64,000 nt of DNA, from the NCBI GenBank assembly GCA_016201065.1, contig JACQDL010000014.1, positions 99,547 through 163,546 of the forward strand. Reading direction: 5' to 3'. Positions 1 through 9,656 of the stretch are shown here, in pieces. The translations under genes were made by a program, and so were the position numbers. Source of the stretch: Actinomycetota bacterium. Lineage in GTDB: Bacteria > Actinomycetota > Actinomycetes > Mycobacteriales > JACQDL01. Every line of letters begins with the position of its first letter. The stretch's first letter is position 1. The notes under the pieces are model-generated. The model ran no database searches, was not told where the DNA came from, and worked only from the letters and a program-made list of their open reading frames with translations.

Positions 1-197
1 GGCGGACCGCCCAACCCTCTCAGGTCGGGTCTGGGTACCTCGGGACCCCGGAGGTCAGGCAGACGCCCGGCCGGCGGGCCAACGACCCCACCAGCGCGGC
101 TGGGTACCCGCACCCGGTGGCAACGCCGCGCTGCCACCGCCGGTCGCACCGCGCCGAGGGCGCGTCACATCCGTGGACGCCGCCCCGTCGAACGGGC

Positions 198-695
198 ATG
201 AGTACTCACCCGAGCCCGAGCCCGAGAGCAGCTGAGCGGACCCGGTCCCACGGCCCGACCCCGGCGGGCGGCGTCGCCGGCTGGGCACTGAGCGCGCTGG
301 CATTCGGGCAGGCGGCGGTGGGTGCATGGGCGGCCGTCTGGCCGCACTCGTTCTTCGACGCGTTTCCGGGCCTCGGTCTCCGCTGGGTCATCGGGGACGG
401 ACCGTTCAACGAACATCTCACCCGCGACGTCGGCGGGCTCTCGCTCTCCCTCGCGGTGCTCACCGTGGCCGCGGTCCGCACGGCCGGCCAGGTCAGCGGT
501 CGGTGGCTCGCGCTGGCCTGGGAGGCATACGCGGTGCCGCACCTCGCCTTCCACATCGTGCACCTGGATCACCTGGACCGACGAGTTGACCAGGTCAGCA
601 GCCTCGTCGCCCTGAGCGTCAGCGTCGGCGTGCCGCTGATCTACGCGCTAGCCTGGCGCCGGGCAGGTGCGGACGACGCCAGGAGGGCCCGATGA
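198..695 (+). CDS. hypothetical integral membrane protein
   Basis: ORF 117..695 has about four hydrophobic helix-like stretches. ATG at 198 chosen, so the start is uncertain. The stop overlaps the next gene start (ATGA at 692-695). Confidence 0.5.
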   Translation: MSTHPSPSPRAAERTRSHGPTPAGGVAGWALSALAFGQAAVGAWAAVWPHSFFDAFPGLGLRWVIGDGPFNEHLTRDVGGLSLSLAVLTVAAVRTAGQVSGRWLALAWEAYAVPHLAFHIVHLDHLDRRVDQVSSLVALSVSVGVPLIYALAWRRAGADDARRAR

Positions 696-1681
696 GCAGC
701 CTGAACAGCGGTCCGCGCGCCGAAGGTCCGTCGCAGCTGGACGATCTCATCGAAACCTTCCACGGTGAGCGGCAACGGTTGTCCTCCCTGGCGTACCGGA
801 TGCTCGGCAGCCGGGCCGACGCGCAGGACATCGTCCAGGAGGCGTGGATCCGACTCCAGCGCGCCGCAGCCGGTGCCGAGCCGATCCGGGATGTGCCGGC
901 GTGGCTGACCACGACCGTGTCGCGGCTCGCGCTCGACCAGCTCCGCAGCGCCCGCACCCGCCGGGAGGTGTACGTCGGGCCGTGGCTGCCGGAGCCGATC
1001 GTCGGCCCACACCCCACGGCCAGGCAGGCAGCCAGCGACCCCGGCGAGGTCGCCGCACTCGCGGACGAGCTCAGCTTCGCGATGATGGTCGTGCTGGAGC
1101 GGCTGACCCCGGCCCAGCGGGCCGCGTTCATCCTGCACGACACGTTCGGTTTCTCCTTCACCGACGTCGCCTCGATGCTCGACCGCACGCCGGCCGCCTG
1201 CCGGCAGCTCGCCAGCCGGGCCCGGGACCAGCTGTCCCACCAGGTGCGGCGCATCGACGCTGACGCCGACGACCACCGGCGGGTGCTGGACGCCTTCCTC
1301 CGTGCCTGCGCGGGTGGCGATCTCGCGGCCCTGGTGGCGGTCCTCGACCCCTCGGTGGTCTACCGGTCGGACAGCGGCGGCGCGGTCCGATCGGCCCTCA
1401 ACGTGGTCGCCGGTGCGGACCGGGTGGCCCGACTGGTCCTCGGCGTGCTCCACAAGTTCGGTACCGGGCACGAGTTCCAGACCAGCACCCTCAACGGAGA
1501 GGACGGGCTGCTCGTCTACCGGGAGGGGCAGCTGGTTGCGGCCGTCGCGGTCACGACGGTGGTTGCCGGCGACCCGGCCCGGGCAGCCATCACCGAGATC
1601 AACGCCCTGGTCAACCCCGACAAGCTCGCCGCGGTCCAGAGCCAGCTCGTCGCGGTCCAGAGCCAGCTCGGCGCGACCTGA
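692..1681 (+). CDS. ECF-type RNA polymerase sigma-70 factor with long C-terminal extension (SigJ/ECF41-like)
   Basis: Sigma region 2 (DIVQEAWIRL) and region 4 (LTPAQRAAFILHDTFGFSFTDVASML) signatures, followed by a SnoaL-like tail. Confidence 0.9.
   Translation: MSSLNSGPRAEGPSQLDDLIETFHGERQRLSSLAYRMLGSRADAQDIVQEAWIRLQRAAAGAEPIRDVPAWLTTTVSRLALDQLRSARTRREVYVGPWLPEPIVGPHPTARQAASDPGEVAALADELSFAMMVVLERLTPAQRAAFILHDTFGFSFTDVASMLDRTPAACRQLASRARDQLSHQVRRIDADADDHRRVLDAFLRACAGGDLAALVAVLDPSVVYRSDSGGAVRSALNVVAGADRVARLVLGVLHKFGTGHEFQTSTLNGEDGLLVYREGQLVAAVAVTTVVAGDPARAAITEINALVNPDKLAAVQSQLVAVQSQLGAT
1625..1666 (+). repeat. in-frame 21-bp tandem duplication at the sigma factor C-terminus
   Basis: ctcgccgcggtccagagccag followed by ctcgtcgcggtccagagccag; encodes LAAVQSQ LVAVQSQ. 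Confidence 0.85.
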
Positions 1682-1687
1682 CACCGC

Positions 1688-2146
1688 TCAGCCGCTGGAG
1701 AGCTGGCGCTTGACCTCCTCGACGATCTGCGTGCCGCCAGCCCGGCCGGCCACCCGCGGCTGCACCACCTTCATCACCTGGCCAAGCTGGCTGGGGTCGC
1801 CCGCCCCCGTGTCGACGATGGCGGCCCGCACGAGATCGGCGAGCTCGGCGCCCGTCAACGGCGTCGGCAGGTAACGGTCGAGCACCGCGGACTCGGCTCG
1901 CTCCCGGTCGGCGAGCTCGACCCGGCCGGCCGCGTCGAAGGCGTCAACGGCCTCCCGGCGCTTCTTCGCCTCGCGGAGGAGCACCGCGAGGACCTCCGCG
2001 TCGGACAGCACGCGGGCCCTCTTCCCGGCTACCTCTTCGGTGGTGATGGCGGTCAGGGCCATCCGCAACGTCGCGGTCGTGACCTCGTCACGAGCCTTCA
2101 TCGCGATCGACAGGTCGTCACGCAGCCGTGCCTTGAGCTCACTCAT
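1688..2146 (-). CDS. GatB/YqeY domain-containing protein
   Basis: 152 aa, MSELKARLRDDLSIAMKARD...GQVMKVVQPRVAGRA. ATG at 2146 lies inside an artefactual 562-aa ORF. Confidence 0.9.
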   Translation of the reverse strand: MSELKARLRDDLSIAMKARDEVTTATLRMALTAITTEEVAGKRARVLSDAEVLAVLLREAKKRREAVDAFDAAGRVELADRERAESAVLDRYLPTPLTGAELADLVRAAIVDTGAGDPSQLGQVMKVVQPRVAGRAGGTQIVEEVKRQLSSG

Positions 2147-2209
2147 AGTCGTCCACGCTATCGCCAGGAGGCTCCGGTCGACACCTGAGATCTCCGCGCA
2201 CCGGACAAG

Positions 2210-3291
<1,082 letters not shown>

Positions 3292-3300
<9 letters not shown>

Positions 3301-3338
3301 GGACCATTTCCCGAGTCGGGAGGCGGTCCCTGACCTGC
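3292..3338 (+). terminator. 14-bp stem hairpin just downstream of tRNA-Pro
   Basis: gcaggtcagggacc pairs with ggtccctgacctgc. Confidence 0.5.
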
Positions 3339-3351
3339 GTTCTGAGGGCGA

Positions 3352-3372
3352 GTACAGCAGCGAAGTACAGCA
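3352..3372 (+). repeat. GTACAGCA-N5-GTACAGCA motif, copy A
   Basis: gtacagcagcgaagtacagca lies between attL and the integrase stop. Confidence 0.85.
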
Positions 3373-3380
3373 GCAAGGGT

Positions 3381-3740
3381 CTAGGCGGGCGCTGCCGGAC
3401 CGTCGCTGAGGCTGTCGCCCAGGCGCCGTAGCGCGTCGCGGGTGGCCGGTGACGACGCCTTGGCGTAAATCTCCATGGTCACCGCGAACTGTGCGTGCCG
3501 GAGGATCTGCATGATGACCCGGGGATGCACGCCCAGGTCGACGAGCAGTGTCGCGCAGGTCCGGCGCGCGTCGTGCACGGTGATGGTCCGTACCCCGGCC
3601 TTGGCGCAGCGGGCAACAAACGCGCGGTTGAACGTGCACGGCTTCGCGGGTCTTGCCGTAGATGTACTTGCGCTGTCGGCGTCCCGCCGGGGTGGTCACC
3701 CAGACGTAGGCGGCGTAGCCGTTGCGGTGGGGGTAGATCG
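3381..3740 (-). pseudogene. tyrosine recombinase/integrase remnant (internal deletion, frameshift, 5' end cut by the IS)
   Basis: The C-terminal catalytic part is ITVHDARRTCATLLVDLGVHPRVIMQILRHAQFAVTMEIY. An N-terminal piece, YAAYVWVTTPAGRRQRKYIYGKTRE, sits in another frame. The roughly 250-aa middle of a normal integrase is absent. Confidence 0.75.
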
Positions 3741-5242
3741 CAATGGCGTTAACTTAGCTGCGGTGCTGGTATGGTCTTGGGGTGGCGCGGGTCGGGCAGC
3801 AGGTTGCGGGGTTGGGTGAGGATCGGCTGCCGGGCCGGGTCGCGGTCGGGGTGTTGACGACGGTGTTCCCGCCGGCGCTGGTGGATGGGGTGGTCGCGGC
3901 GGCGGGGGTGGGTGAGCAGCGGGTCCGGGTGCTGCCGGCACGGCTGGTCGTGTACTACAACCTGGCGATGATCGTGTTCTTCCAGTCCAGCTACGGGCAG
4001 GTGTGGTCCAAGCTGGTCGGTGGGTTGGAGTGGGGCAGGAGTTTCCGGCTGCGGGTCGCGGTGGGGATGTCCCCGTCGGCGGCGGCGATCTCCAGGGCCC
4101 GTGGCCGGTTGGGTTGGAAGGTGATGGCCGACCTGCTGGAGGCGGTCGCGGGGCGGTTGGCCGGTGAGCAGGACGAGTGGGCGCACGTGGCGGGGTTGCG
4201 GCTGGTGGCGTTCGACGGTCTGACGGTGGATGTGCCCGACACCGACGACAACGCGCGGGCGTTCGGCCGCCCGGGCGGTGGCGCGGGGGCCGGGGCGTTC
4301 CCGCAGGTACGGGTGGTGGCGCTGGCCGAGTGCGGGTCGCGTGCGGTGATGGGAGCACGCTGCGCCGGGATCACCACCGGGGAGCAGGCCCTGGCCGGGG
4401 ACCTGCTGGGGTTGCTGGGGCCGGGGATGTTGGTGGTCGCCGACCGCAACTTCCTGTCCCACGCGGCCCTGGAGCAGGTGCTGGCCACCGGTGCGCACGT
4501 GCTGTGGCGGGCCAGGGCCGACACCGACCTGCCCGTGCTGAAGGTGCTCAAGGACGGCACCTACCTGTCCCGGATCGCCGACCCGACACTGTCGCGGCGC
4601 CTGCGCCGCCAGGGGAAATCCGGGGCGGACATCCCCGGGATCACCGTGCGGGTCATCGAGTACTCCGTGGCCGCGGGCGACGACAGTGACGTCCCGGAGC
4701 TGTTCTGCCTGGTCACCGACCTGCTCGAGGTCACCGACCTGTCCGCGGCGGACGCCGCGGCGGCCTACGCGCAGCGCTGGCAGATCGAGACCGCGTTCGC
4801 CGAACTGGAGACCGGGATCCGCGGCGGCCCAGCGGTGGTGCTGCGCTCCAAGAACCCCGACATGATCCGTCAGGAGCTGTACGCCGTGTTATGTGTCTAC
4901 CAGGCGATCCGGACCCTGATCTGCCACGCCGCCGATGCCGCGTCACTGGACCCCGACCGGATCTCCTTCACCCGAGCCAAGGAAGCCATCGCCGCCCGCG
5001 TCAGCGACGCCGCGGCGTTTCCCCCCCACTGATCTGCCCGACCTGGTCGCGGACCTGGTCGGGCAGATCACCTACCACCGTCACCTCGTCCCCGCCCGCC
5101 AGGCACGCTCCTACGCCCGAGCACGGAAACGACCCGGGGGCCGCTTCCGCACCAAGAAACCCGCCGACCGGGCACCCCTCACCCCACGAACCAAGGTCAT
5201 CTTCTGGCGACTCCCACCACCGATCTAAAGTTAACGCCATTG
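3741..5242 (+). mobile_element. IS4-family insertion sequence
   Basis: Terminal inverted repeats caatggcgttaacttag (3741-3757) and ctaaagttaacgccattg (5225-5242) bracket a single transposase. I saw no clear target-site duplication. Confidence 0.8.
3782..5032 (+). CDS. IS4-family DDE transposase
   Basis: 416 aa with an IS4 N-terminal-domain-like start (RVLPARLVVYYNLAMIVF) and a DDE region (LVAFDG..., VVADRNF..., YAQRWQIETAFAELE). Confidence 0.9.
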   Translation: MARVGQQVAGLGEDRLPGRVAVGVLTTVFPPALVDGVVAAAGVGEQRVRVLPARLVVYYNLAMIVFFQSSYGQVWSKLVGGLEWGRSFRLRVAVGMSPSAAAISRARGRLGWKVMADLLEAVAGRLAGEQDEWAHVAGLRLVAFDGLTVDVPDTDDNARAFGRPGGGAGAGAFPQVRVVALAECGSRAVMGARCAGITTGEQALAGDLLGLLGPGMLVVADRNFLSHAALEQVLATGAHVLWRARADTDLPVLKVLKDGTYLSRIADPTLSRRLRRQGKSGADIPGITVRVIEYSVAAGDDSDVPELFCLVTDLLEVTDLSAADAAAAYAQRWQIETAFAELETGIRGGPAVVLRSKNPDMIRQELYAVLCVYQAIRTLICHAADAASLDPDRISFTRAKEAIAARVSDAAAFPPH

Positions 5243-5308
5243 GGCGGTGTCCTGGGGGTTCCGTCTCCGGGTTCTGCGGTGGATTCGCCTTGGGCGTCAG
5301 CAGCTGAC

Positions 5309-5329
5309 GTACAGCAGCGAAGTACAGCA
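5309..5329 (+). repeat. GTACAGCA-N5-GTACAGCA motif, copy B
   Basis: Identical 21-mer heading a roughly 100-nt repeat shared with copies C and D. Confidence 0.85.
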
Positions 5330-5430
5330 ACGACCCCGGCCACGGGTGTACCGACGCGGCCTGGCGCAACCCGTTGACCGCCGTCGACCACACTGCCAGC
5401 AGTCCGCCGCGATAGCCACATCTCCCGACT

Positions 5431-5720
5431 TCATGGTGCGCGGTAGGCATCACGCCGATGCCTGATCGACCGCACCGATACGCGGCGTGTGTGGTCATCA
5501 ATACCGTATAGAACTCGCCATTCACGCATGACCCGAGCGGAATACACGCCACTCATCGGTGCATCCAATTCCTTGCCGACACGGTGCGGGTTCTCGGCGA
5601 GCGGTCCGACCAAGAAGTCCCACACACCGACCGCGACACTCAGCGGAAGACCCTCAGCTAAAGCGCGCCGCGCCGCGCCGGGGCGGTCAGGTCAATCTCG
5701 TAAGGCGGCCGCTCGGTCAC
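5431..5720 (-). pseudogene. RelE/ParE-family toxin, frameshifted
   Basis: GTG at 5720 gives VTERPPYEIDLTAPARRGAL then a stop. The rest (LAEGLPLSVAVGVWDFLVGPLAENPHRVGKEL...SIRHRRDAYR) continues in the adjacent frame, with the shift near 5659-5665. Confidence 0.7.
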
Positions 5721-6015
5721 GCGCCCTCACGGCGATTCGCTCGTCAATCAACACCTGAATAGCGTCGCGCCCACGGACCACTGGTTCGATCTTCTCCAAG
5801 TCCCGCATGGCGTCAGGATCAGAGAGAACGTCAATGGTTTCCCGCAACCTGTCCAACTCACCGGAGGGCACCACATCGGCCACGTGCTCGCCGTGGGCGA
5901 ATACCGCAACGGTCTCACCCTGCTCGGCCCGGCGAACAGCGTCCTCCCACACGGCGGCCTGTTGGCCTACCGCGTGCAGCTCGTCGGCTGAGACGCTGAC
6001 CGGCTGATCACTCAC
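5692..6015 (-). CDS. Phd/YefM-family antitoxin
   Basis: 107 aa from GTG 6015. It sits upstream of, and overlaps, the toxin remnant. Confidence 0.8.
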   Translation of the reverse strand: MSDQPVSVSADELHAVGQQAAVWEDAVRRAEQGETVAVFAHGEHVADVVPSGELDRLRETIDVLSDPDAMRDLEKIEPVVRGRDAIQVLIDERIAVRARDRAAALRD

Positions 6016-6277
6016 GCCTCCAAGGATACGCACGAGACCAAGTGCCGAGACCAAGTGCCGAGACCGAGTCCTGACGTAGGACGCCGGCGCATCCGTGAAC
6101 TGTGTCACCCGCCCCGGCGGCGGGCTGGCCGGCCCGGTGGGGCCGAGCCAGCCCCACCCGCTGCCTGAGGTACCCCGCAGCCCCCCGCGTTTCAGCGTCT
6201 CCCGGCACGGGGCTCGCCACACGGCCAACAAGAGTCCAGCCAACGCCGGAACGGCACCGCGCGCAAGGCGCGACGCC

Positions 6278-6298
6278 GTACAGCAGCGAAGTACAGCA
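6278..6298 (+). repeat. GTACAGCA-N5-GTACAGCA motif, copy C
   Basis: Identical 21-mer, followed by a roughly 100-nt repeat. Confidence 0.85.
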
Positions 6299-6448
6299 AC
6301 GACCCCGACCGCTGATGTATCGACACGACCCCGCGCACCCCGTCGACCTCGGCGTTGACCGGCCCGCCAGCAGTCGGGCCTGACGCGACGGATCTCCGCA
6401 CCGCGCATCTCAGGCAGGCCGGGCACGAGGCGATATCGGCAGGCCTGG

Positions 6449-6736
6449 CTACAGGTCCAGTGTCCGGTAAACCTCCCGGCGGTGCCCCACCACGGCGACG
6501 ATGACGACACGAACGCGGTCGTCCACGGCGTAGATGACCCGGTAGTCCCCGCAGCGCACACGCAGGTACGGCCGATGCCCAGTGAGCGCGCGCACGCCGG
6601 GCGGCCGGGGATCGGAGGCCAAGCCGTCGATGACCTCGGCAACAGCCTTGCGGTCGGGCGGATCAAGCTGCCTCAGAGAGCGGCGGGCACGCGGCCGGAT
6701 ATCGATGGCGTAGGCGTCCACGTCGGACGTACTCAC
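6449..6736 (-). CDS. RelE/ParE-family toxin
   Basis: 95 aa, ...YLRVRCGDYRVIYAVDDRVRVVIVAVVGHRREVY. ATGA overlap with the upstream antitoxin. Confidence 0.85.
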   Translation of the reverse strand: MSTSDVDAYAIDIRPRARRSLRQLDPPDRKAVAEVIDGLASDPRPPGVRALTGHRPYLRVRCGDYRVIYAVDDRVRVVIVAVVGHRREVYRTLDL

Positions 6737-6984
6737 ACGCCGAGTTCGGTCTTGACTTGCTCCCAGGAGACAGAAGCGCCAGGCTCGTCCATCGCCGCGT
6801 CGGCCTCGGCGGCATCCTCGGCGTCCTCAGCGGCACGCAGCGCCTCGATCATCGACTCCGGCACGATGGCCGCGACTCGCTCGCCACCGACGGTCAGATG
6901 TGTGATCACACCGCGCCGGGCGCTCTCGACCGCGTCCGCCACGGCGGCGCTGCCGGCGGGCATCTCGTCCGCGGACTCAGTCAT
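6733..6984 (-). CDS. Phd/YefM-type antitoxin
   Basis: 83 aa with an acidic C-terminus; 4-nt overlap with the toxin. Confidence 0.75.
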   Translation of the reverse strand: MTESADEMPAGSAAVADAVESARRGVITHLTVGGERVAAIVPESMIEALRAAEDAEDAAEADAAMDEPGASVSWEQVKTELGV

Positions 6985-7009
6985 GCTGCGAGTCTAAGCC
7001 CAGGGCACC

Positions 7010-7030
7010 GTACAGCAGCGAAGTACAGCA
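7010..7030 (+). repeat. GTACAGCA-N5-GTACAGCA motif, copy D
   Basis: Identical 21-mer about 85 nt upstream of the attR core. Confidence 0.85.
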
Positions 7031-7114
7031 ACGAGGGCGGCTGTAGGTGCCCCGAGGCGACACCACACGACCCGGTGACGTCGGCGTTGACCGCCGCCGA
7101 CCGCGCCGCGTGCA

Positions 7115-7177
7115 GTTCGGGACGAAGAGGCCGTGGGTTCGAATCCCGCCACCCCGACAGGTAAAACCGCAGGTCAG
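7115..7177 (+). repeat. attR-type 63-bp direct repeat (orphan 3' part of tRNA-Pro)
   Basis: Identical to 3238..3300 and followed by its own hairpin (ggcccactcc...ggagcgggcc). Confidence 0.85.
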
Positions 7178-7368
7178 AGGCCCACTCCGCAAGATCAGGA
7201 GCGGGCCCCCGGCGTTCTGAGTGACCAACTGTGACTACGGTTCGGCGCAAGAAGCTCCGCCAGCTCCGCCGCCGGTTGGGTCCGGGTCCACCCATTCGCC
7301 GAAGTCACCGGGCCGACCAGCGAAGGCATGAACTGCTCACGGTACGGCGGCGCATCCATCCTGTTCTG

Positions 7369-7761
7369 TCAGCCGGCAAGCGACGCCATGGCGGCAGCGA
7401 GCTTGGCCGCGGCCTGGTCGGCCACTGCTGCCAGCTCCGGCAGCCCGGTGAGCTGGACCATGACCTGCGGATCGAGGGCCTCGACGACGGTCGAGTCGGG
7501 GCCGGCAGAGCGAACCACGACGTTGCACGGAAGCAACAGCCCGATCGAGCGGTCCGCCTCCAGCGCCTGGTGGGCCAGCGGCGGGTTGCACGCGCCGAGA
7601 ATGACGTAGTCCTCCATGTCGTGGTCCAGCTTCGTCTTCAACGTGGCCTGGACGTCGATCTCGGTGAGGATGCCGAATCCCTGCGCGGCGAGAGCGCCTC
7701 GCACCCGCTCCACGGTGGGGGCGAACGGAGCGGGCACGGTGAGGCTGCTGCCGTAGGACAT
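7369..7761 (-). CDS. DUF302 domain-containing protein
   Basis: 130 aa, GFGILTEIDVQATLKTKL...YVILGACNP. Confidence 0.85.
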   Translation of the reverse strand: MSYGSSLTVPAPFAPTVERVRGALAAQGFGILTEIDVQATLKTKLDHDMEDYVILGACNPPLAHQALEADRSIGLLLPCNVVVRSAGPDSTVVEALDPQVMVQLTGLPELAAVADQAAAKLAAAMASLAG

Positions 7762-7850
7762 GACGGTCTCCTTCGGTGTGGAGAGTGCTCTGAATTCAGG
7801 CTAGTCACCCCACGGCGCCGCACTCCGCCCACCCCCGGGCCGGGCAAGCC

Positions 7851-8648
7851 TCACCCGGTCCCGCGAAGCTCCGCCAGCCGCGCCTCGATCTCCGCGAGCT
7901 CGCCGCGCAGCCGGTTGGCTTCCCGCTCGGCCTCGGCCCGTGCCGCGGCGACGACCTCCTCCACCGCCTCCTGCACGCCCGGCACGCCGAGCAGCGCCAC
8001 CGCCTTCAGCGCCTCGCTGGCGCGGATGGGGGCGGGCTTGGCCAGTGCCCGAGTGCCCTGCTGCGCGGCTACCGACCACTCCCCATTCGCGTAGGAGAGG
8101 GTCACCGTCAGCACGACAGGTGGCTTCGCTGCCTTGGCGGACCGGCGGGCCGCCGGTACCCGAGGCGCGGTGGTCGGGCTCGCGGCCGGAGGGACAGCCG
8201 GGTCCGGCCGCACCACCGGCTCCGGAGCCGCGGCAGACGCCGCGGACGTAGACAGGGCCGCGGACGGAGACAGGGCCGCGGACGGAGACAGGGGCGCGGA
8301 CGGAGACAGGGGCGCGGACAGTGGCGGGGACGGCTCTACGGGCAGCCCTGGCGCTGGCCCTGACGCTGGCCCTGGCGGGGGTGGGGGTGCCCCGGCTCGG
8401 GTCACCGACTTCGGCGGAAGCGCCAGGTCTGCCGGGGCGAACGCCAGCTCGTCGCGGCCGAACCGGACGACGATCGACTCCGTACCGCCAACCGGGTCGG
8501 CCAACGCGACAACCTGACCAACCTGGCGGGCGATCTGACCAGCTGACTCGGTGAAGACCACCTTCGGGCGACGTCCGCCCTCCAGTGACCGCTTGATGTG
8601 CTCGATGTCGGTGGTGGACAGCCCACCGACCGTGCGTGCCGTCGTCAT
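7851..8648 (-). CDS. hypothetical protein with Pro/Ala/Ser-rich repeat linker
   Basis: ATG 8648 is preceded by GGAGGA. A coiled-coil-like C-terminus is present and no family is recognised. Confidence 0.6.
   Translation of the reverse strand: MTTARTVGGLSTTDIEHIKRSLEGGRRPKVVFTESAGQIARQVGQVVALADPVGGTESIVVRFGRDELAFAPADLALPPKSVTRAGAPPPPPGPASGPAPGLPVEPSPPLSAPLSPSAPLSPSAALSPSAALSTSAASAAAPEPVVRPDPAVPPAASPTTAPRVPAARRSAKAAKPPVVLTVTLSYANGEWSVAAQQGTRALAKPAPIRASEALKAVALLGVPGVQEAVEEVVAAARAEAEREANRLRGELAEIEARLAELRGTG
8251..8322. repeat. 18-bp tandem repeat, about 4 copies, in coding sequence
   Basis: The unit gacagggccgcggacgga repeats with slight variants; it encodes an LSPSA(P/A) hexapeptide array. Confidence 0.85.
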
Positions 8649-8718
8649 CGCAGTTCCTCCGGTATCCACGGGGACGGTGCTTCCTAGCACAGCCCAAGGA
8701 CACCTTTTCCGGACGCCG

Positions 8719-9475
8719 CTACCGGATCCCGCGATCGAGCAACGACCGCAGCTCGGACGGCGGCGCCAGCCAGCCCACCGAGACCACCAGTGCGGCCATC
8801 GCGACCAGCCCGAACAGCGCCACCCAGAGCAGTCCCGGTACGCCCGTCAGCCGGGCCAGCTGATCCGCATCTGAGGCCGAGGCGCGGCCGCGGTGGCGCC
8901 GCCGCTGGAGCTCACCAACCGGCCGCACGCCGGCGCAGAGCAGGAACCATGTGGCGAAGTACGCGAACGCGGCCTGGGTCTGTGGCGAGCCGAGCCACGA
9001 CACCACGATGATGATCGCGGCGGTCGTCGCCACTGCCGCGACGCCGTACGCGTTGCGCAACAGCGGCACCATCGCCGCCAGCAGCCCAACGCTGACCCAC
9101 AGCAATGCGGTGATCCGGCCCAGCGCCAGCATCGCCGCGAACCCGAGGCCGAGCAACGGGGGCGCGAGGTATCCGGCGAGCGCGGTGGCCACCATCCCCG
9201 GGCCGGTGGGCCTGCCTCTGGAGACGGTCACCCCCGAGGTGTCGGAGTGCAGCCGCACGCCGGACAGCCGGCGGCCGGCGGCCGGCGAGCAGTGCAACCA
9301 GCGCGTGGCCGCCCTCATGCACGATCGTCACCACGGTCCGGGCCACCCGCCAGACATCCCGGACCGAGACGACGAGAAGCGCGGCCACCGCGGCGAGGAG
9401 CACGACGATGAACGACGGCCGCGGCTGAACGCCGGTGACCTCATGCCACCACTGGCCGACCGTCGACCAGCGCAT
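8719..9475 (-). pseudogene. M50-family metallopeptidase disrupted by a 7-bp tandem duplication
   Basis: The N-terminal part (...TIVHEGGHALVALLAGRR) and the C-terminal part (LSGVRLHSDTSGVTVSRGRPTG...) lie in different frames. ccggcgg is duplicated at 9268-9281, and removing one copy restores a 249-aa ORF. Confidence 0.8.
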
Positions 9476-9656
9476 CCGACCACCTCACCTTCACCGGCCC
9501 GAGGACGAGATCGTCACACACCGCGCAACCGGACACCGACCAACCCCGCTACGCACGCCTGCGATCACGTTCGGAGTACTGTGCGTGGTCCTAGCGGACC
9601 ACCTCGCCGCTCGAAGCCTGCCCCACCTGCTCCATGCCTGAAGGGACCTGCGGACC

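Noticed and set aside
3696-4358. 220-aa proline-rich minus-strand ORF inside the IS
   Set aside because: It is antisense to the IS4 transposase, and its extreme Pro/Arg/Thr bias marks it as an artefact.
3381-7177. Integron-like reading of the island (integrase plus repeat-separated TA cassettes)
   Set aside because: The repeats lack the attC architecture of imperfect inverted core sites RYYYAAC/GTTRRRY. The recombinase fragments look like a tRNA-targeting phage- or AICE-type integrase. The 63-bp tRNA-derived att duplication explains the boundaries. The layout is kept only as an analogy in the findings.
8251-8322. Possible CRISPR-like array
   Set aside because: The 18-bp units are contiguous with no spacers, in frame within a coding region, and encode a hexapeptide repeat. 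No cas genes are present anywhere in the window.
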